DNA of 64,000 bases from Octopus sinensis (taxonomy: Eukaryota): positions 30,876,001-30,940,000 of the forward strand of contig NC_043015.1 in assembly GCF_006345805.1 (NCBI RefSeq), given 5' to 3'. A program made the position numbers and the translations under genes. Of the stretch, positions 52,316 through 64,000 are shown piece after piece. The first letter of the stretch is position 1; each line of letters starts with the position of its first letter. The notes under the pieces are model-generated. The model was given only the letters and a program-made list of their open reading frames with translations, had not been told where the DNA came from and searched no databases.

Positions 52316-53581
52316 GTTATTTCATTCCTTGATCTTGTGAAACCAAAAGCTCCATTCAGCAGACACGGCTTACAGAGCAAACTGGAAACTCTTGAAGTCC
52401 TTGGTTGTTCTTTAGATCAAGTCCAAGAATGTCCCGAAATCCTGCAGGTCCCACAGGCTGAGCTAATGCACAGGGCTACCCGGTTGCAGCAACATGGTCA
52501 CCGAAAGATCAATGTGCAGATGTTAAAACTTGTTCACTCTAAAGTATCGAATGCTCATTTGAAGCGGTTACAACCAGTTTTGGATTTAATGCAAGGTTAC
52601 AACACCATCACAGAGTACATGATGGATGTTCTGAAGTGCAACGAAATGGAATTCCATGAAATTATTACCAAAATTCCATTGCTGAAGAAACTGAGAAACA
52701 TGCCGGCATTTACAGAAAAGGTCAAATATCTTCAAAGCTTCGATGTGAAAGCCGAGCACTTCATTAAATATCCACAGCTGCTCTCTTACAGTCTTGATAC
52801 CTTAAAGAGACGCATCGAAAGAATGAAAGTACACCAAGAGGGAAACGATTTCCCTATTTCGTCTCTTGCCATCTCTGAAAAACAGTTTAAAAGATTCCTG
52901 AATAAATACAACACTGAACAGAAAGTTCTTGATGGAAGTCAAAATCGCTATGAGTATATAGCAAAACTGTTCAATGTATCCGTTTCTGTTGCTCAAAAAA
53001 TGTCTTACTTAGAGAACAGGCGTCTTACTACACTGAAGCCAAGAGTCGACTTCCTCCTATCAGTCGGTATTCCGATTGAGCATCTCCGAAGCCATACCTA
53101 TATTCTACGTCACAAAACAGACACATTGAAGAAAGCGTATGCCAAGGCGCAAGAAGCTGGAATCGAAAAAGTCAGTCTGTTACACATCATACACATCATT
53201 TCATGTAAAAATGTTCCCTTGAGAGTTCCTAGTCCCAAATCAACAGTCTTCCTGCCAAAATTAATCGGCATTGATACCGGAACTCTGCAGAAGAAACTTT
53301 ACCATATTGCTCCTTTAGTAACTACAGACCGTGTAACACTAACTACCAATTTCGAGTACCTAACTAGTCTTGGTATTACCAAAAAAGACATTTGTAGTTG
53401 TCCACTAATTCTGTCTCATTGTCCCAAATATCTGAAACAGACAGTTGAGTCAATAGCAAAGAGACAAGAACTACAAGAGTCGTTAGACTTGTTATCAAAT
53501 CCATCTGCATTTGTTAATTTAGTGCAATATTTGATTGAGAAAGAAGTAAACTTTCGTAATATACACCAGGAAGTGGTCTGA
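52316..53581 (+). CDS. mTERF-family mitochondrial transcription termination factor-like protein, terminal coding exon (421 codons; N-terminus lies in an upstream exon not located)
   Basis: Pyrimidine-rich acceptor TTTTAG|GTT with an in-frame TAG immediately upstream. Several mTERF-type repeats: KLETLEVLGCSLDQVQECPEIL, KVKYLQSFDVKAEHFIKYPQLLSYSLDTLKRRI, RVDFLLSVGIPIEHLRSHTYIL, NFEYLTSLGITKKDICSCPLILSH. Uninterrupted 1.27 kb frame. Confidence 0.82.
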   Translation, partial: VISFLDLVKPKAPFSRHGLQSKLETLEVLGCSLDQVQECPEILQVPQAELMHRATRLQQHGHRKINVQMLKLVHSKVSNAHLKRLQPVLDLMQGYNTITEYMMDVLKCNEMEFHEIITKIPLLKKLRNMPAFTEKVKYLQSFDVKAEHFIKYPQLLSYSLDTLKRRIERMKVHQEGNDFPISSLAISEKQFKRFLNKYNTEQKVLDGSQNRYEYIAKLFNVSVSVAQKMSYLENRRLTTLKPRVDFLLSVGIPIEHLRSHTYILRHKTDTLKKAYAKAQEAGIEKVSLLHIIHIISCKNVPLRVPSPKSTVFLPKLIGIDTGTLQKKLYHIAPLVTTDRVTLTTNFEYLTSLGITKKDICSCPLILSHCPKYLKQTVESIAKRQELQESLDLLSNPSAFVNLVQYLIEKEVNFRNIHQEVV

Positions 53582-53606
53582 TGTTGTACGGCTGAATTAG
53601 TTTACG

Positions 53607-53612
53607 AATAAA
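53607..53612 (+). terminator. polyadenylation signal of the mTERF-like gene
   Basis: AATAAA 26 nt after the TGA, followed by T-rich sequence. Confidence 0.6.
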
Positions 53613-53706
53613 TGCATTTTGTAGTATATAAGTAAAACCTTTCTTTTGATTTTTCTTCTGTAAAATAATGGTCTAATATCTGTTTTCTGTCAATTGTAAT
53701 GTGGAC

Positions 53707-53926
53707 TTAACCCTTTGGAGATGAAGCCTCATTTGGAGTTTTAGTGCCAAGAAGATGGAACCCTTTTTACAAGTCCTATAGAGGGCATGCACAAAGATTA
53801 TAAAAAATTACTTTACATATATGAAACTACATATATTCTTGTAGGAAATTGAATAAGGTAATACAATCTCCTTCGTCATTCAACTTTTTGGTTGATACAT
53901 TGGCCCTATCGTCTCCTAAGGGTTAA
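53707..53926. mobile_element. piggyBac-type MITE, family C
   Basis: TTAACCCTTTGGAGATGA...TCGTCTCCTAAGGGTTAA; interior unrelated to families A and B. Confidence 0.8.
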
Positions 53927-55834
53927 GGAAACCTTTATGCATAGGGAAAACTCACCTTCTCACCTGTGATTATAGTGTTGGGGGTAATCTGATGGGCCTC
54001 TGCACATTTTTTTTTAACCAAGGGTTATTCAACCAGAGACAGTGGTAAGTTAACTCCATTATATCAGTGCTGCTGGACTGGCTCCTGTGCAGGTGGCACA
54101 TAAAAAGCACCATTTGAGTGTGGCCGTTGCCAGTACCGCCTGACTGGCCCTCGTGCCGGTGGCACATAAAAGCACCCACTACACTCTCAGAGTGATTGGC
54201 ATTAGGAAGGGCATCCAGCTGTAGAAACTCTGCCAGATCAGATTGGAGCCTGATGCAGCCATCTGGTTCGCTAGACCTCAGTCAAAATCGTCCAACCCAT
54301 GCTAGCACGAAAAGCAGACGTTAAATGATGATGATGATGTATAACATGTCTCTTATGAGAATAGGTTTAAAGTCCCAGATAAACACATTGATGGAACACT
54401 ATTATTGCAACTGTCATTATCAAAATTATTGTCATCATCACCAATGTTATTACTCTAATCATAAATATTATTGCAATCACCTTCATTATCATTAATATTA
54501 TTTTCACTCGTTGTGGGGATCCCATTAAGAGTCATAGGAGCTGCTTTTCCTTCTGACTCAAACATGAAAAAAAAAATTACACTCTATCCCCTGTAAATTC
54601 TTTTGATAAAGACACAGTATACAGATTATAGTCCCCTCCTTCTACATGAGTTCCTTCCTTAGCTGAAATTTCTCCTCCAGGAGCCAAGAACCTTCTGTCT
54701 GAGATAGCGGTAGTTGCAGTTAGACTGTTTCACTGATGAGGTTTAATAAGATAGAAACATGTCCAGAGTTGTCACTGCATTTCTAAACATGGCACTTATA
54801 CCCACATCCATCTCTGCATTTCATATTTATTTAATTTTGATTGAAATTTCAGTATTGTTGCATTCTCTCTCTCTCTCTGTCTTTTAAACATTATTTACTA
54901 GAATCAACTAATTAGATAATTATTGCCCTTATCACTAAATAGATAATTATAATAAATTAGTTTCCTGGCTTACAACATTAAGCATGTTAACACCCACTTC
55001 ATTCAGATTTTTTGCAGCAAGCGTCCTGGGAAATTTTCTCTCATAATTCTTATTCTAAACCTTTGCTCTACTTCTGTCAGTTCATTCAAGTGTGTGTGTG
55101 TGTGAGAGAGAGAGAGATAGATAGAGATAGATAAAGATAGAGAGATAGATAGAGATAGATAAAGATAGAGAGAGAGCCTGTCATGTTTATTTCTACTATT
55201 TTTTCCTCATTTACAGACAAAGGCTAAAGGCTTGAATGGTTACACACCCCATTCTTTCATCGCACAAAAATTCACAAATTCTTCTAATGACTGTTTGTTG
55301 CTGACAGACTATCCTGAGAATCTGCAGTTCTTACCTTAAACCTATTGGTGTTACACTTATCTATATATCTCAGTGCGTGTGCGTGTGCGTGTGAGCATGT
55401 ATATGACAATGTGCCAGTATAGCTGATTGCTCTATGTTTGTGTACATTGGTGGGTGGATGGGTGGGTGTCTGTCAGTCACTGAGTGTTAGTAATATAAAG
55501 AACCAGTTAAATACAGTACCATCTACCCGTGTGGTACCCTGTTGCTAGCACCACCAATATTCCTACATGCCAACCCTTCCCTCACCATACACGTTTTTTT
55601 TTTTTAGTGAGTGGGAAGGGAGGGGGAGGTGTGTATTGAATGTGTTGCTTTTCTTACTCACCTTATCTATTCACCACCCTCACAGGTAATGCTGATGTAC
55701 AGAGGTGGTAGTGGTGTTGGCGGGGTTAAGCATGGCGGCGGTGGTGGTGGTGCAGTAGGAACTGGAGACGGTGAGATAGACGTGGTGAAGTGATGATAGC
55801 ATTGGGGAGGAAGATGGGGATGACGCTGTTGTGT

Positions 55835-56060
55835 AGGTGATGGTGATGTTGCTAGATGGGGGGGGGGGGTGGAAGATGTGTAGGAGATTTTGTTGCTCCT
55901 GATGACATAAGTAGTGGTGGTCATGGCGCTATTGTGGAGGTGATGGTGATGTTACTAGATGGGTGGTGGTAGTAGTGGTGGAAGATGTGCAGGAGCTTTT
56001 GCTGCTCCTGATGACATTAGCAGTGGTGGTCATGGTGCTATTGTGGAGGTGATGGTGGTG
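55835..56060. repeat. about 105-bp tandem repeat, a little over two copies
   Basis: AGGTGATGGTG restarts at 55835, 55938 and 56047. Confidence 0.75.
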
Positions 56061-56645
56061 ACGAGGATGTTGTGTGTGTGTGTGCGTGTGTACAGTTATT
56101 GTTTAATCCCAGGTCAGCTCTGAATGTGCAGACCCAGGATCAAAAGCATTCTAGATACAACCATCTATTTTTCGTGGAAACTGATGTGATCGCATTATCT
56201 ATCGTGTCCTTTTTTTTTAAAATAAGGGCATCCAGCTGTAGAAACATTGCCAGATCAGACTGGGCCTGGTGCAGCCTCCTGGCTTCACAGACCCCAGTTG
56301 AACCGTCCAACCCATGCCAGCATGGAAAGCGGATGCTAAACGATGATGATGATGATAGTAGCATGTGATTGACATAAGGTTTAGCTGTTATTTCTAGCAT
56401 ATCGGATTCCTTCATCGGCTTGATGATGGAGGCAGGGTTTGTGTGGGTGATGATGGTTGAACTGGGGAAATAGTATAGCAGTACAGATGTTGGGGGAGAT
56501 AGTGCTATTGTAGAGTGTGGGAGAGAGAGAGAAGATTTGGTGGTGTTGACAGTGGTGATGATGATGATGATGCAAGGGAAGTAGTAGTAGGGTGAAGGCA
56601 ACGTGGTGCTAATTGAGAAATAATAGTGATGCTGGAGCTGATGTG

Positions 56646-56746
56646 GTAGTATTGCTACTACTGCTACTTCGTAGCAAGATTGTGGGTGGGATGGTCACAG
56701 ATTATATATATATATATATAATATATATATATATACTACAGTAGTC

Positions 56747-56783
<37 letters not shown>

Positions 56784-56836
56784 ACTACAGTAGTCGTGTG
56801 TGTGTGTGTATATATATATATATTACTACAGTAGTC

Positions 56837-56873
<37 letters not shown>

Positions 56874-57271
56874 CTAGCAGTATCGCCCGGCATTGCTTGG
56901 GTTTGTTTCGAGCCTTTAGAATTGGGATTTTTGAAAAGTAAAAATTTTGCATTATGTAGCTTGTTATTCTCTTTAAGTGAACATTTTTCTGGTTGAAATA
57001 CACCGAAAAATGGCGACACAGCAGTAAAAAAAATCGTAAAAAATAGGGATTTTCATAGAAAAAAGGCACCTTTTGGGTGTAAATAATTTTTGGTGTTAAC
57101 ATGGTCCGATTTGAATCATACTTCTTCTATCATACTCTAAATTTTGGTCAACTTGCGCCGCAGGGTCTCGGAGGAGATAGCGTTAGTTGAAGGCTACCAA
57201 ACCTGCCATACACAGACAACTTCAGCTTTATATATATATAGAGATATAGAGATATATTACCACAGTAGTCA

Positions 57272-57320
<49 letters not shown>

Positions 57321-57398
57321 GACTATTGTAGTAATATATATATCTATGACCATCCCACCCACAATCTTGCTACCAAGTAGCAGTGATAGCAATACTAC
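56646..57398. mobile_element. foldback element with 57-bp inverted arms, hosting the Helitron
   Basis: 56646-56702 and 57342-57398 are reverse complements with 4 mismatches; internal ACTACAGTAGTC(GT)n(AT)n units. Confidence 0.65.
56874..57252 (-). mobile_element. non-autonomous Helitron
   Basis: Minus strand A|TCTCTATATCTCTATATATA...CCCAAGCAATGCCGGGCGATACTGCTAG|T; termini similar to 13189-13563, interior different. Confidence 0.72.
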
Positions 57399-57917
57399 TA
57401 TGTGGCTGTGAAAGGATAGGAAAGAGATTAACTGGGGATTAGGATATGCGTATCCATGATGGTGATGGTGGTGGTAGTGATAGTGATAGTAGGAATTCAT
57501 CCACCCAGCAATCCAAATCCTCACCTCCATCCTTGTCTGTTTGTTTGCCAATAGCTTAGGATGCTCTCATCTAACACTCATCCCTCATACCCTGGGTGGA
57601 GTTTGCCTGAGACAATATTTGCTGGGGCGGGGTGGGTGGGTGGGTTATAGAGTTGGGAGTGCTCATTCAGAAGTTGTTAATTACTATTTTCTTCAAAAGT
57701 CCCCACCACCATTACCATCACTATCTCCACTACCACACCTACACTGGATGATAACAGAGGAAACTAAAAATTACCTACCTATCTATCCATCCATCTACAA
57801 ACACACAGGTACACACACACACGCATGTGCATACACAAAAGTATACATGTATACAAATTATATATCTATATAAACACACACACAAATGCATAGACATTCT
57901 TCTCAATAAATAAATAA

Positions 57918-58082
57918 ATTACATATATATATATATACACATATATACATACATATACACACATATATATATACACATATGTATATATACACACATATAT
58001 ATATCCACATATGTATATACATATATATATATATACATATGTATATACACATATGTATATACATACACATATATACATACAC

Positions 58083-58125
<43 letters not shown>

Positions 58126-58150
58126 CATACATACACATATATACATACAC

Positions 58151-58193
<43 letters not shown>

Positions 58194-58212
58194 CATATAC
58201 ATACATACATAC

Positions 58213-58245
<33 letters not shown>

Positions 58246-58264
58246 AATACATATATATACATAC

Positions 58265-58316
<52 letters not shown>

Positions 58317-58318
58317 AC
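57918..58318. repeat. complex (TA)/(TACA)/(TG) microsatellite
   Basis: Directly visible. Similar tracts at 31125-31345, 55091-55157, 58694-58800, 26610-26810 and 40860-41190. Confidence 0.95.
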
Positions 58319-58689
58319 ACATGTATAGACCATCTCTTTCTGTCACATGTTTACATGTTTACACACACGTCATACATACATGCATAGGTACAACTACATG
58401 ATGCACATAATGATTTCCCATAACATTCAATACCTAAGAATTCTCAACATTTCATTCACAACTTTCTGACCGTGACCTCCACCACTGCACCCCCTCCCCC
58501 CCTCTCTTCCTGCTTCAACTTTTTGATGATATTCCAGCATGAGAGCTCTACCAGCAACTCTGCCTACTATTTCTCTTATATTTCTCTCTCTGTTAGTCTG
58601 TTTAGCTAAGCTGTTTTACACATCTGCTTTCTTATCTATGGATTTACTTACTTTGCCGGGTGTGTGTGCACCACATACTTCTTTTGGCA

Positions 58690-58801
<112 letters not shown>

Positions 58802-58890
58802 TATTATTGACCACACATACTCCATACTCAATGGATGTGTGTTGCTTCTTCACTGGTTCACTGCAGTACAGCACTTTGGGGATGACTCCC

Positions 58891-59515
58891 TTAACCCTTT
58901 TGTTACTGTATTTATTTTGAGATAGGCGCAGGAGTGGCTGTGTGGTAAGTAGCTTGCTTACCAACCACATGGTTCCGGGTTCAGTCCCACTGCTTGGCAC
59001 CTTGGGCAAGTGTCTTCTACTATAGCCTCGGGTCGACCAATGCCTTGTGAGTGGATTTGGTAGACGGAAACTGAAGGAAGCCCGTCGTATATATGTATAT
59101 ATATGTTTGTGTGTCTTTGTTTGTCCCCCTTGCTTTGCTTGACAACCGATGCTGGTGTGTTTATGTCCCCGTTACTTAGTGGTTCGACAAAGAGGCCGAT
59201 AGAATAAGTACTGGGCTTACAAAAGAATAAGTCCCGGGGTCGAGTTGGTCGGTTAAAGGTGGTGCTCCAGCATGGCCGCAGTCAAATGACTGAAACAAGT
59301 TAAAGAGTTTTTTTTTTTATACACTGTGTTTCTTTCAATTACTTTAAATATAATAAAGAATTTAGTAAAATAACTTGGTTATCATTCAGCTAGTGTTAGG
59401 AACATAAACTGTGATTAAGTTTGGTGGAAGATTTTAATTCAAAACTTATGAAAACAAGACATTTGTACTACAGAGCCAGAGTCGGTTTCAGCCGGGTTGG
59501 TCACAAAAGGGTTAA
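58891..59515. mobile_element. piggyBac-type MITE, family A, interrupted by a tRNA-CORE SINE
   Basis: TTAACCCTTTTGTTAC...TCACAAAAGGGTTAA; the SINE occupies about 58924-59308. Confidence 0.85.
58924..59308 (+). mobile_element. tRNA-derived CORE-type SINE, full length
   Basis: Head AGGCGCAGGAGTGGCTGTGTGG...GGTTCAGTCC, CORE-like GGCACCTTGGGCAAGTG, internal (TA)/(TG) tract, GAAACAAGTAAAAGA-type tail. Confidence 0.88.
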
Positions 59516-62500
59516 AGCACCTGAAAGTCATAGATGGGTGAGACAATTCACCTCCGATCCCATTCAGGGTTGAAAGATACTGATATTTTGTCCTTTTTGT
59601 GGCTTATTTCACACACACACACACACACACACACATATGCATGCATGGCTGTGTGTTTAAGTAGTTTGTTTCCCAATCACATTGTCACAGGTTCAGTCCC
59701 AATGCGTGGTTCAACGTGTAACACCAGAGTCCCGAGCCAACCAAAACAGGTTGAGTGGATTTGGTAGATGGAACCAAAAAAGAAGCTTGTCATGTGTGTG
59801 TTATATATATCATCGTGTGTGTGTGTGTGTGTTTGTCCCCCTAGCATTGCTTGACAACCGATGCTGGTGTGTTTAAGTCCCCGTCATTAGCGGTTCGGCA
59901 AAAGAGACCGAAAGAATAAGTACTGGGCTTACAAAGAATAATTCCCGGGGTCAATTTGCTCGACTAAAGGCGGTGCTCCAGCATGGCCGCAGTCAAATGA
60001 CTGAAACAAGTAAAAGAATAAAGAATGTAATCAATTAACCCTTGCTTCTGCCAAACTGTTGGCCTTGTGTCTAATTTAGAAACAAATGTATTTCTACCTC
60101 AATCTCTACCTTCACATCTGAGAATGTTGCTCAAATACTGTTCATTCCAGACAATAGAACATTCTAACACAAATTTCATGTTCTTTGGTCTCTATTGTCA
60201 TTGTTTCATTTAAAGTTTAGCTGCGTGTCAAGTTCTGGGCCTGTCCCATAGTTTGACCTTCTCTACTTGGTGCTGCAGGTAAAAAGAAAAAACAAAACAA
60301 TCACCTCCTGGGAACTGACAGTTTTCTACTCTTGGTTACCCTTTTACTTGTTTCAGTCATTTGACTGTGGCCATGCTGGAGCACCGCCTTTAGTCAAGCA
60401 AATCGACACCAGGACATTTTTGTAAGCCTAGTACTTATTCTATCGGTCTTTTTTGCTGAACCGTTAAGTTACGGGGACGTAAACTCACCAGTATCGGTTG
60501 TCAAGCGATGTCGGGAGAATAAACACACACATCATCATCATCGTTTAGCGTCCACTTTCCATGCTGGCATGGGTTGGACGGTACAACTGGGGTCTGGGAA
60601 GCCAGAAGGCTGCGCCAAGCCCAGTCTGATCTGGCAATGTTTCTACGGCTGGATGCCCTTCCTAACGCCAACCACTCCATGAGTGTAGTGGGTGCTTTTT
60701 ACGTGCCACCGGAACAGGTGCCAGACGAAGCTGGCAAACGGTCATGAGCAGATGATGCTTTTTACGTGCCACCGGCACGGAGGCCAGGCGAGGCTGGCAA
60801 CAGCCATGATCGGATGGTGCTTTTATATATATATATGTATATATATACATACACATATATATATATATATATATGAAAGGCTTCTATCAGTTTCCATCTA
60901 CCAAATCCACTCAAGGTTTTGGTCAGCCCGAGACTATAGTAGAAGACATTTGCCCAAGGTGCCATGCAGTGGGAATGAACCCGTAACCATGTGGTTGGTA
61001 AGCAAGCTACTTACCACACAGCCACTCCTGCACCCATGATTGTCAGCAATTCACTATTTTTTTGTTTTATTTTTTGATACTTTTAATGATTCTTATTTTT
61101 GAACTGCAGCCATACTGGAATCACAATGGTTCCAGTAAGAATGACTGAAACAAGTAACAATCCCACCCACTATATAAATAAGACTGGATGGGCATGGAAC
61201 ATTTTTTTTATCATAGCTTTGCTTGATCAGAGCCGATTTTGGGTGGATGAGGGAACAACAACAACAATAACAACAACAACCAATATCATTCATAACGAGT
61301 TTACAAATTTAGAAATAGCAGCCAATTTCCCTTCAAATCACAATTCTACTATCTTTTAAAAGAGAGGATAAAGTAAATGTAGTCTTAGATATACTGTTTT
61401 TTTTTTAATGTGATGGTCATGGTTGGAAAGTCTTTGATCATGGGTCAGCTTGATCAGGACTGACCTGGGAGTAAACAGTAGCAATAATGTCAACTGACAT
61501 CATAACCCAACAACACCTCAATAACAACAACAACAACAACGACATCTGTAGTAATAATTAGCTGTAGTATAGCATGGTGGTGGTGGTGGTGGAGAAGTGA
61601 GGTGTGGTGTACTCTGTGTGAAACATATCAAACTTATGAGTCAGCTGATGTAATCCCCCACTTTCGCCCTTTCATTGTGAAGGCAAGTAATATTTATTGC
61701 TAAAACAACAGCAGCAGCAACAATAGTAGTAAGAGAAGCACCAACACCATCATCATCATCATCATCACTGTCGTCATGATGCTTAGAGTTCTGCAAAATC
61801 CACCCCCATTTAGTCGACGTCATCATTCTAGCAGCCAATCAGATTGCTGGATCCAGCACAGCTGTTCCTCACACTACCACTACGACTGCATCATCACTAT
61901 GACATCACCACTACCAGCATCACCACTGCTACCACCACCACCACTACAAGCATCACCACTGCTACTACCACCACTACAACAAACATCGTAGTCGTCACAA
62001 CACTCATCACCTCTTTATGATTGCAACTACTACTACCACCACCACCACAACACTGCTACCATCCCCCCTCCCCCCTACCTCAGAGGACATATCTAGGGTC
62101 CAGCTGTCTCGAGTCTGTGGTTATCCTGACACTTTATAAAAATTTACCCCCTTCATCATCAACGCCACTAAACACCAACAACGTCACAGCCATCAATAAC
62201 ACCACCAGCGACACCACCACCACCACCACTACCCTCACCATTAGCAGTGATATGACTAACGTCGTCAACAACACCACTACCACCAATGATACCATTATCA
62301 ATAGCAGCAGCAGCACCATCAATAATACCATGTCACCACCGCATTTATTTAGACTGAGTTGGCAGATGATGCTGGGGTAAGAAAGGGGGGGGACTCGTCA
62401 TTCATGACACACTGTTGGCTATCCATGAATGAATTAATATTTGCCTAAAATCCCCAACCCCTGTTATGCCCTGTACACACACACACATTTTGTTTATTGC

Positions 62501-64000
62501 TCGCTAGTATCAATGTTTAATCAATCAGTGCAATGGGGCTATCAACTATTTAATCAACATTTAGAAATAAAGATATTTCCAAGATAGGTAATGAGAAATT
62601 GTGAGGTTGTGATCTTCATGCCTTTCTCAAAAGGTAATACATAAACATCTTTAGAGAGGAAAAAAATTTTTTTCATTATTTACATCTACACAAAGTTCTG
62701 ATTGGTTTTTGATTTCCAATCATCATTAGATGTTTCATTTCTGGATGTGTACAGCTCCACGGCATGGTGCCCTGGGCAAGTGTCTTCTACGATAGCCTTG
62801 GGTTGACCAAAGACTTGTGAATGGATTTGGTAGATGGAGATTGAAAGAAACCTGTCGTGTGTGTGTGTGATTGTTCCTGTCACCTGATAACCAGTGTTGG
62901 TGTGTTTACATTTCTGTAACTTAGTGGTTTGACAAAAGAGACCAATGGAATAAGTGCTAGGTTTAAAAAGAAAATAAGTGTTGCAGTCAATTAGTTCAAC
63001 TAAAATTCCTCAAGGAGGTGCCCCAGCATGGCCGCAATCTAATGACTGAAACAAGTGAAAGATAAAAGATAAAGACAATATCAGACTGGATTTGAACCAG
63101 GAATCTTTCTAAGCTAATGGGGATGCATCAGTGGCATCATGGATAAGAGTATTATTATCCTCAGCCTGAGATTCCTCTCCCAAATCCAGTCTGGTACTTG
63201 GTTCAATCCCAAAAAACAAGACAGCCATTGATGAAACATTTTTAGAGATGTGAAGATTTTATCTTTTACATGTTTCAGTCATTGGACAGCGGCCATGCTG
63301 CGGCAGCCCCTTGAAGGAGTTTGTCAAACAAATTGATCCCAGTACTTTCAGTTTTTGTCAACCAAAGTCCACTCTGAAGGCTTTGGTCAATCCAGGGTAC
63401 AGTAGAAGACACTGGCCCAAGGTGCCATGCTGTGAGACTGAAACCAAGACCACATGATTGGGATGCAAGCTTCTCAACCACACAGTCGTGACTGCACCTA
63501 CATCTTCCCAACGACATGGTTCCAGGTTCAATCGCACTGGATGACACCTTGGGCGTGTGTTTCCTTTTGTAGCCTCAGGCCAACCAAAGCTTTGTGAGTG
63601 ACCAGTTGTCAAATGGTGGTGCAAGACACACACACACACACACACACACATGATGGGCTTCCTTCAGTTTCCATCTATCAAATCTACCCACAAAATTTTT
63701 TTTTTAATCTGGTACTTATTTTACTGATCTCTTGCTGAACCACTAAGTTACAAGAACATAGACAAACCAACACTGGTTGTCAAGCAGTGATAAGGGAACA
63801 AACACAAAGACACACACACAGACACACAATGTACATGACAAGCTTCCACACCAAATTCACACACAAGGCATTCATTGGCTCAGGGTTATAGTAGAAGACA
63901 CTTGCCCAAGTAGGAGTGAACCCAAAGCTATTTTGCTGCAAAGTGAACCTCTTAACCCACTAACTTGTGCATATAATATTGACCGTTTTTCTCCTCTTCA

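Noticed and set aside
57866-58401. Several overlapping Y/I/H/T/V/C-rich ORFs (also 31055-31446, 40860-41291, 26545-26939)
   Set aside because: Microsatellite translations.
62021-62380. Thr/Asn-rich mucin-like ORF
   Set aside because: (ACC/AAC)n low-complexity DNA with no splice or start support.

Overview
AT-rich, repeat-dense animal genomic DNA. The SINE, microsatellite and MITE content suggests an octopus or related cephalopod (inference from recall, not searched). Two protein-coding genes are supported: a complete two-exon beta-tubulin on the minus strand (2149-3936, 445 aa), and the large terminal coding exon of an mTERF-family mitochondrial protein on the plus strand (52316-53581), whose 5' exon(s) I could not place. 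The ~47 kb between them is mostly mobile DNA: several tRNA-derived SINE families, an RTE-tailed (GAT)n element, RTE and CR1 LINE remnants, Tc1/mariner remnants, TTAA piggyBac-type and hAT MITEs, two non-autonomous Helitrons, a foldback element and a 1.23 kb tandem duplication. The most notable signal is a set of minimal type I hammerhead ribozyme motifs of the Penelope-like kind. One has an intact core (45710-45755, minus). One sits in a tRNA-headed SINE that forms a head-to-head insertion with a 12-bp target-site duplication (17347-17717). One belongs to an unrelated family with a palindromic stem III (24997-25050). Coordinates were counted by hand, and repeat boundaries are approximate.
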